DNA from: Octopus vulgaris | Taxonomy: Eukaryota | NCBI GenBank assembly: GCA_951406725.2 | Contig: OX597825.1 | Span: 4,526,001 to 4,590,000, forward strand | DNA: 64,000 bases | Direction: 5' to 3' | Shown: piece by piece, positions 54,565 through 64,000 of the stretch | Layout: each line of letters opens with the position of its first letter | Numbering within the stretch: the stretch's first letter is position 1 | The notes under the pieces: generated by a model | Told to the model about the DNA's origin: nothing | The model's input: the letters and a program-made list of their open reading frames with translations, nothing else | Database searches by the model: none | Program-made: the position numbers and the translations under genes

Positions 54565-54570
<6 letters not shown>
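54035..54570 (+). mobile_element. Probable PLE 3'-end fragment with degenerate hammerhead (54436-54485)
   Basis: atct CTGATGA AA GGATAT-ccata-ATATCC then a damaged GAAA; ends at a (TA)n tract. Confidence 0.4.
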
Positions 54571-54610
<40 letters not shown>

Positions 54611-54762
54611 TGCTAATACAAGACCCGTATTAGAGCCCTCACTCGTATCATTATCGAACGAAGAGTTTAACTACGGTCTGTCCATAGCACTTACTAAGCG
54701 TTATCTGACACTCTTTGGGTCTTTTAGATAACAATACCTCACGTATATATATATAATATATA

Positions 54763-54900
<138 letters not shown>

Positions 54901-54988
54901 CTTGCATGTATATGTCCATACACAGACATACACATATGAATATGTATGTATATGTATATATATATATATACATGTATATATATGTATC

Positions 54989-55044
<56 letters not shown>

Positions 55045-55960
55045 AATATATATATATACACGCGCACACATACATGTATATGTATAGAATAGTATCTATG
55101 AGAATGGAAAAGTTACCTAGTTGTCTCACCACTTTATCATTTAAATTTATCTGCTACCCCCCCCCCCCCTCAAACGCATCCTGATATTCCATTGGTCAAC
55201 GTTCTAATAGCTCACGTTTTGCATAGAAATGCAACTCATTATAAAGTAGACGATACTTTCTAACACATCTATACCATCTGAAGCGTTGGTATTTTGAATT
55301 TCAAAAGCGAGGCTATTATATTTAATATCGAATGTCTGTTTATTCAGCGAGTATATTGTCAAGAAAAATATAGCTGAGCAAACTGAAGATCTATAAGCAA
55401 TTATCTTAGCGATAGACATTGGCAGAGATATCTAGAAAAATATACAAACGTGAAAGTAATTTGCAATGTTTAAAAGTGAACAACCTTGGCTTAACCCCAA
55501 CGTCTATCTAGTGCCATAATCTATTCACAGATTCACTAGCAATGAGAAGAAATCAAACTTCGAAGTTTGTAGTTGATAAACAGCAATAAACCATGTTTTA
55601 TAAATTGGAGCAGTAAAACCAATCAAAGCTTTAAGAAACGAACATTGATTATCGAAATGAAAATGCAGACGGCGATTTGCTGTGCCTTCGATATCTGTAT
55701 CGTAGCGTGAGAAAACACTAGAAAGATTAACATAATGTAAGACTGGAGTTTCGATTGTATGTTTTCCTCTGTGTTGTGCCTCAGTATTTGTTCTAAGTTG
55801 ACCTGTTGTGGTTATTTGCAGAATGTTACCGAAACAAATAAAACATTTTTAGAAAACTTCTTTGTCAGTTAATGAAATCAAAATCGATTATCTCCTCGGC
55901 ATAGGTAAATGTACAAACACACGTACGCACACACACACACACACACATACATATATAGAT

Positions 55961-56011
<51 letters not shown>

Positions 56012-56038
56012 TAATTATATATATATATGCATATATGC

Positions 56039-56095
<57 letters not shown>

Positions 56096-56245
56096 GTGTC
56101 TGTGTGTACGTGCGCGAATGTGCGTGTCATTGTTCAGTTCCATTTCAAGATTCTTTGCCAATAGAGAAAGAACCGGTTTCTAACCAAGATCCAAGGCGCC
56201 TTCATTAGAATTCCAACATCAAAAGAGTATTTTGTATGCATGTAA

Positions 56246-56305
<60 letters not shown>

Positions 56306-58569
56306 TATATGTGTGTGTGTTTTTGTGACGTCTTGATATATAAGTATACGAGTAGAGTTCATTTATGCAGAAGTATTTCTACCGATTACCCAGGCCAGCG
56401 GAATGCTTTGTTTGAAGGTCATAATTCAGTACAAAAATCATGTTATCATATGAATAATTTTTAATTTCAGGTCGGCATGTAGAGTATATTTGAAAACGCA
56501 GAAGAATGCCAAACTATACTCACAGTCAAATGAACGAGTTTGTACGTGGTGGGATATGAACTGATGACAATAGCGATGCAAATATTCTTCATATTTTGTC
56601 AGACACTGTTCAAGTAAAGGTTGGACATTTTCGATAATATACTTTCACCCAAATCAGATCAGTAGTCTCCTCTAGACTTAGATTCAATAGGTTCGAATAA
56701 TATGCGTGTTGGCCACTTTTAGAACAGTTTTGATCATAGGTCATCTTGACTAGTGCTAAACAAGTTCTAAATAGCAACAACAACAATAACGGCAGCAACA
56801 ACAACGATATTCGTAAAATCCCTGCGGCATTTGCTCAATTATTAACATTTTGAAAGCAAGAAAGTCAAATATAGATGCCATTAAGACTTGGTTTTATTTC
56901 AGCAATTTTGAGATGGGAAATATTCTTAATAATGTAAGTTACTAGGTGCTATTACGCTGCGTAATTCCGCCTTTAATACTTAAGAGCAAGTAGTAAGAAA
57001 TGGTAAATGAAGCAGCGTTTCGTTTCTTTCATGACTTGGAGAAATACAGTTCAAAAGTTAAAAACGAATGCGCAACAACCTAAATATGAGCCATTCGCCA
57101 ACAATATAAAAATGTACAAAATCACAATAGAAAGCCATGGTTTGACCTCAGCTTCTAATATGATTAGAGTTGGATATAAATATTCTATCATTTCTGACTG
57201 TAACTGATGATATCAATATCATGGAACATTTGGGAAATAATTTTCCGAACAATTCAAGCCATTCATTCAGTTCTCAATATGAAATTTATCACAGGTCTAG
57301 AATTTTAGTAGCGGCGAGCCAAAATGCATGCATAATAGGACATCTACATTTCATAAATTGAAATTTGCTGTCACTATAAGCAATCTTCAGCAAAAGGCTT
57401 TCCCATAAGATTTCAGATTATACTTGATCTTTGTCACGTGCTATATAATAACTACAGACAACGAATACACAACGAATGATAGATTATCTGCTAAGCGACA
57501 GAAGGAATTTTAGATTTGTTACGAAATTTAACATGAAATGCGGAGGATTTAATACGGTGGATATAAAGTAGTGCTGCTTTGCAATGGAATGTATTGGCAT
57601 AATGGTTAGATCGACGAAGGGAATATCTTGACATATTCATTTATGACCATTCACATAATGAATTCAAATATTACCAGTATCAACTTTATTTTCATACTTC
57701 CGAGGTCGATAAAATACGAACCATACCGATAGTCGTGAAAATTAAAGCGCAAGACAATAGTGGCCTCTAGAATCATTCAAGCAAGTGACTAGCTTATAAT
57801 TTCCGACGAATTCTCTCAGTTCTGCATTAAGAACAAATGAAATTATTCACATCTGTAATCACATAATTAATGAGAAGAGTAGTGCCTCACATTTAAATTT
57901 AATTTTCCAAGACATGCTCGGCGTAAAGGTAAGTGGTAGACGACAAAAACGGAAGAGGATGCTGCCCGCTCGGGTCGAATAATTTGACAGAACAATATTA
58001 GCTCGTCTTACCATTGAGTAACAGATTTCAAAAAAGTAGCGTGGAAAAAAGTACAGGCATCAGAATTATCATTAGCTGACAGATGGAGACTGTGGTTTAA
58101 TACCTGGTCTGATATCTATGTAAAGGTACCGTATCCATTACCATCGCTTTATAAAATCTAGGACACTATTTCGAATGTAACTGTTTTTAGAGGGGTTTCG
58201 TTACTATGTCTACAACAACTTGCCAAGTATAGATTCTTTCATTGACTAGGGTTTACGACTGCTTCTAAAATTTATATCTCATCAATGTTCCATTTTCCAT
58301 CGTTCGTTTAATCACCAGCCACTTATTTTCTAAAAACATCATATCCAACTACTTATTCTCCTTTACTATTCATCTCCTACATATTTGTTTCTTTCCCCAC
58401 ACATTAATCAGTCATATATGTTCAATGCCACCACAAATATCATTAAAATCTCACCATAAATATCATCGAAATGTAGAGATGCTGAACAGTGTCTAACTTT
58501 AAGGGAATCGCGAAAAGCCTGTTTGGGGCCTCAACATTCTGCGTTCTTTTACAGGGCTTAGAAAAACTG

Positions 58570-58760
58570 AAGGACAGTTGCAATTTGAGGGGGGAACATG
58601 CTGAATAAAATCATAATTACCTGATCCTCCTGTATTTTCTTTTAGCCAAGGACAGAAACTTCTCCAGTAAATCCTGGCATTTGCTATAAATGTGAGTACA
58701 CTTGACCTCCCAGGCCATGTGTATTCCCAAAAGAATATATATTTCGGCAAATTTGCAAAT
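58570..58760 (+). pseudogene. Possible Helitron Pif1-like helicase C-terminal remnant
   Basis: Frameshifted PV/ILAFAINVST and LDLPGHVYSQKNIY resemble FPVRLAFAMTINK and LYLP.PVFSHGQLY. Confidence 0.4.
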
Positions 58761-59165
58761 TTAGCGAACGGATTTTCGCATTGAAGATTATCATTGATTT
58801 CAACGGATTTTCTTCTCTTTTCAAATGTTATTTGTTGTTACAAAAGAACCGTTCCTTTTGGCAATGTTTTCCTTTGTAAATAATGGAAAAAACACGTATG
58901 TGTACGGTAGTTTCAATCCATGAATATATGTATGTACATGTATGCATGCAATCATGTATGCATGTATATATGTATGTATATATGTAAATACTTATGACGT
59001 TTTTTTTTCCTTAAGTTCCTTATTCGAATTCGCCCTTTAGCTGGTTTTTTCACAAGTAAAGCTTCTTCATTGCCAGAATTAGAATATCAACGGTAGTACT
59101 ATATATAACTGCAAATATATACATATACATACATATATATATATATATATACATATATATACATA

Positions 59166-59243
<78 letters not shown>

Positions 59244-60024
59244 TGTATGTATGTGTGTATGTGGGTATACATATAAGTATGTATGTATATATTATGTATA
59301 TGTGCGTGTATGTGGGGGTGTATGCGTGTATCCATGGAAGTCTTAATTATTTGCTTACAGCCTGTAATGGAAAAGTTCCTTGCTGGTCAGTTTCTTAACC
59401 TTTAAAAGTAGTTTTTTCTTTCGTGCATATCAAATTAACGTTCACTAATACTTCCAAGAACAAAAATAATGATATTCATCATACCGTTCCTCTTTCAGTT
59501 ACATAACACATACATATGTGTGCGAGTATATATGTGTATATACATTTACATGTCTGTGCGTTTGTATGAGTTTGTGTGTGTGCATGTGTGTGTGTGTTTG
59601 TGTGTGTACGCGCGTACAATTGCGGGCGTTTTTGTCAAATATCTTTTCACACAAGCTTATGTGAAAAGAAGCCCAATACACCGACAATAGTTTAAAGATC
59701 ATATTAGATAATGCAGTCCTGGATCATCCATCTGATTATGTAAAGGGAGCTGATCCGCCACAGAAGGAATGACTTTCATTGTACGTCGATTCATTCAAAG
59801 AGGACTCGAGACTATAGAGCAATAGGGCTCGATATTTTAATATCTACAGCATATAATCTTCTGTATCATCATATAACATATAACCATCTTCAGGCAATTG
59901 TCACACATGATACCCTAATACAACTGAACACTTTCCAATTTTATAACAGTCCCCAAATTCTTTTGTTATTACTTTCATCACGAAAATCTGTGAGAGAGCG
60001 GGAGCGACAGGGAGAGTTAGATAG

Positions 60025-60135
<111 letters not shown>

Positions 60136-60144
60136 CAGATAGAC

Positions 60145-60232
<88 letters not shown>

Positions 60233-60254
60233 AGTGAGTGAGTGTGTTTATTTG

Positions 60255-60365
60255 GCAAAAAAACTAATGAATAAAATGACCATCCCGAAATACAACAATA
60301 GTTGCTTCAAAACAGGATTTCACATCAAGAATCTTACAAAACGAATTGATGCACGTAGAATATAA
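60255..60365 (+). mobile_element. Diverged copy of the putative PLE 5' ORF start
   Basis: ATG 60276: [29 protein letters not shown], homologous to [26 protein letters not shown] at 699-620(-); abuts a (GATA)/(GA) array. Confidence 0.6.
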
Positions 60366-61590
60366 TTTGTTTCAAAATAAAATAATCAATTATTCTTAAA
60401 TCCAATTTTTACATTACTTATATTTTTTCTTCATATTTTACCTCACTTTTTGTTGCAGGGATTCAAAACTTTGAAATTCTTCATGCTTGTTTATTTTATT
60501 GAAGATAAGATAAATATATTTTGTTTTTAAAATTTTAAAAAAAGTTATTTAGATCTAAACCTGATTGGAGGTGTCACTTTCTCTCCTATAACGTTGCTAC
60601 AAATTTAAACTTTTTTCTACTGAACCTATGCCAAAAAGGTACCTAAGGACCAGCCCTCTTCAAAAATATTAACAGCTTTAAATTTTCGTTAAGAACTGAA
60701 TTAGCGAGAAAGCTCTGAATATGCTGCGTGTGAGTAAATTACGGCATTAAGAATATTATTCAAGTAATACCGTAGATGAATGATAAATGAAAAGTCAATA
60801 TTTGGCTGTTAAGTCTAGGATAAAATACACAGTAGAATGGCAGATAATTAAGAGAAATTTCCTTGTGGTATACTATTCTCTACCGTGTTCAAATCCAGTT
60901 GACGTCAACCTCCTTTCAACTTTATTTGGTCGATAAAATACTACCATAGCTTTAGAGCGGTGGACTGATACAACGTTTAGACCGTCAAACAGAATACATT
61001 GCAATGCATAACTTTGTATTTCAGTCTTCCATGTTGGGTAAAATACAGTTGCAATCCAAGTTGAGAGATTGGTGAAAATGTTAGATCGTTGCACAAAGCA
61101 ACTTGCAATTCTATACGATCTAACTTCGTCTACGATATCAGAGATACCGAACTCCATCACAGCTTTTCTTCTCATGGGTAGCCTTGGACAAGGGAAGAAA
61201 GGAGCTACTGGTCCGATACAATACCTGGACAGAGATTTTTTAGCTATTCAGTAAAGCTGAACCAACGAGGGATTAAGACAACTCATTGCTGACACAGATT
61301 CTAGGAGCCCAAGATTAAACACTCTGCATCCGTAAAGAAAGAAATTATTCATATCAGAAACTCAAGTTTAAAATTGATATTGAAATATATTTCAAAATTA
61401 CCAAACGAATTCCTAAGACATTTTAAAACTGTACTCATAGTTCAATTACATCATACTCCAGAACCACCCTCAAACACAATACCGACCTCTTTATCCGGGT
61501 ACACACAATTCTACTTCTAATTTATCTGTCCGTCTCTCTCTCTCACTCTCCCTCTCACACTCTCTCTCTCTGTATATATATATATATATA

Positions 61591-61634
61591 TTTGTACACA
61601 CACACATATACATATATATGAGTGTGTGCGCATG

Positions 61635-61669
<35 letters not shown>

Positions 61670-61788
61670 ACACACACATATATATATATATTTATATATA
61701 TATGAGTGTGTGCGCATGATTATATATATATATATATTTGTACACACATATATATATATATTTATATATATATGAGTGTGTGCGCATG

Positions 61789-61800
<12 letters not shown>
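61591..61800. repeat. Minisatellite of three ~70-75-bp units built from microsatellite blocks
   Basis: tttgtacacac..(ta)n..atgagtgtgtgcgcatgatta(ta)n repeated three times. Confidence 0.85.
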
Positions 61801-61842
<42 letters not shown>

Positions 61843-61993
61843 TATACTCATGCGCAAACACTTACATATATACATGTATACAAACATGTATACATATAAC
61901 TATTATAAATTATATTGTAATATTGTATTCTATATTTATATAGATATAAATAAATTTGTATAGAGAAATATACACTGACACACATATGCAGAT

Positions 61994-62038
<45 letters not shown>

Positions 62039-62898
62039 CGTGTGTCTGCATGCGTGTGAGCGTGTGTGCGTGTGTCTACAGATATACTTTTGCTTGTACG
62101 TGTTATATTCCTCCTCCATTCTCTGTTAAGTCAGCTAATCAACAATCTGCGAGTATATTGCTGCTGAAAGAGAGCAATCTTTATGAGGAATTTAATGTTG
62201 CAGCTTCTAAAAACAACATCACCATCATCACCATCATCACCATCATCATCATCATCATCATCAACAACAACAACTACAACAACTACAAACACAAAAAAGA
62301 ACGATAGCAAACAATAGCCAATATCTGCAAAAAAGAGAAAAAAAAGAAAGACGCGCCATGATCATGCTGTTGTGTGATTTCTCATTTTCTCTTATTTATA
62401 TATATATATATTTATTTGGCATTTATTTGTATTGTTATTTTTATTGTTATTCTTGCTCTTCTTGTTGTTCTCACGTGTGCAACTTATTGAAAAGCTGATT
62501 ATGAACAGTGATGATTTAATCTAAGTTGTTATTTAAGTTTGTTTTTTTTTTGTTTTTGTATATAGTTGCGTTTTTCTATATAATTATTTAAGTCTCTCTC
62601 TCACATTCTCTTTGCCACATCTGCCTCTCTCTCTCTCACACACACAGCTTTTCACTTTATATATCTTTCTCTATCATTCTCTCCGTCTCTCTTCATTTCT
62701 CTCCCCCCCCCCCCCCCCGCGCCACTCTCACTCCTCCACGTCTGTCTTTTTCTTTACTCGTCTTTAATCAGATTCCTAGGTAGATTCCAGCTGATAAAAA
62801 CTTCCTCTGTTCTTTTATTTATGTACATAAATTTGTTTTAATGTGCATACATACATTGCACACATGTGTAGTTACTTAATGTATCTGTACATATATCG

Positions 62899-63019
<121 letters not shown>

Positions 63020-64000
63020 GTGTGCATGTATATATGTATGCATGTATATGTGTGCGTGTGCATGTGGTGTGTAAACATATATATTTATAAATATACAAAC
63101 GCGTGTATATATTTATACATACGCATATATGTGTGTGTGATGGTATATTTATATATATATATATACATATATATAAGCATATACATACATACATATATAT
63201 GTATGCAGATATAGAGAGAGATGTAGATATAAACATATATATGTGTGGGGGTGTTTGTGCGTGTATATATATATATATATATGTATGTATTTAAATCCAT
63301 ATGCGTGTATACACACACATTCATAGTAATGCATATATTACATAATTATGTTTATATACACGTAGATATGTACGGAAACGTGTGTACATACGTGTATGAA
63401 GGTTAGCAACATATATGCCTCCATTGTGTAATTAAGGATTATGTAATCTAATTGATATTTCAGTCAAGTGTATATATGTCTAGCAAGACGTGTACAGGAT
63501 TATTAGAATAAATATGATTAAAATTGTATATGATTTAACATCTACACACTTAGCTTTGCAGACATCCATTAATATACACCTGTAAGTGCAGCATACATTT
63601 ATACATTAGTTAAAGTTAACATACCTGGCTACATATAAATATACATGTCTGTATACGTGTGAGTATCTGTATATATATATGTTTGATGTATATTTTTACG
63701 CTTGCCTGTGTTCATATATATGCTTTACTTTATATGCATACACACACACACACAAACACACTCATATATATGTAAGTATATCTGTATATGTATATCTACA
63801 CATATTCTTAAAGATAAAAGAATAGCTACCTATTATTAATACATAGACTCACGCCGATATGCAATGTATACATAATTATAATTGCATTAGTTATGTCTAT
63901 CTGTGTTTATGTGTGTCTAAGTATGTGTATATTCAAAGCTTCGTTTCTACATTAATATATGCGTGTACCTGCGTTCTTTTTATTTTCGTCTCTCTATACA

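Noticed and set aside
56166-56212. Additional hammerhead (CUAAUGA...GAAACCGGUUC, minus)
   Set aside because: G5 is altered and stem II does not pair convincingly; kept only as a weak member of the set
61040-61230. Mariner fragment on the minus strand (EFGISDIVDEVRSYRIASCFVQR)
   Set aside because: Similarity to the mariner WVPR region is too faint to call without an alignment

Overview
AT-rich eukaryotic genomic DNA saturated with microsatellites ((TA)n, (CA)n, (TATG)n, (GATA)n). The SINE families and repeat landscape resemble cephalopod/octopus DNA; this is inference from recognition, not a search. I found no convincing host exon, and almost all ORF-track hits are microsatellite artefacts. 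Real coding content is transposon-derived: a near-intact but 5'-truncated Penelope-like retroelement (PLE; RT + C-terminal GIY-YIG, 1357-3555, minus) bracketed by a ~480-bp inverted pseudo-LTR; a frameshifted CR1/L2-type LINE (~4058-7450, minus); decayed Tc1, mariner and probable Helitron fragments; a solo CCHC ORF1-like remnant; a hAT MITE; and many tRNA-derived SINEs, several with TSDs. The most interesting layer is non-coding. About ten minimal type I hammerhead ribozyme (HHR) motifs sit in short microsatellite-embedded elements. They include a G3:C8 compensatory core variant inside a ~220-bp palindrome and a head-to-head pair of tRNA-headed SINE-like units ending in an HHR tail. A conserved short peptide occurs at four diverged loci, downstream of an HHR at three of them, and probably marks the missing PLE N-terminus.
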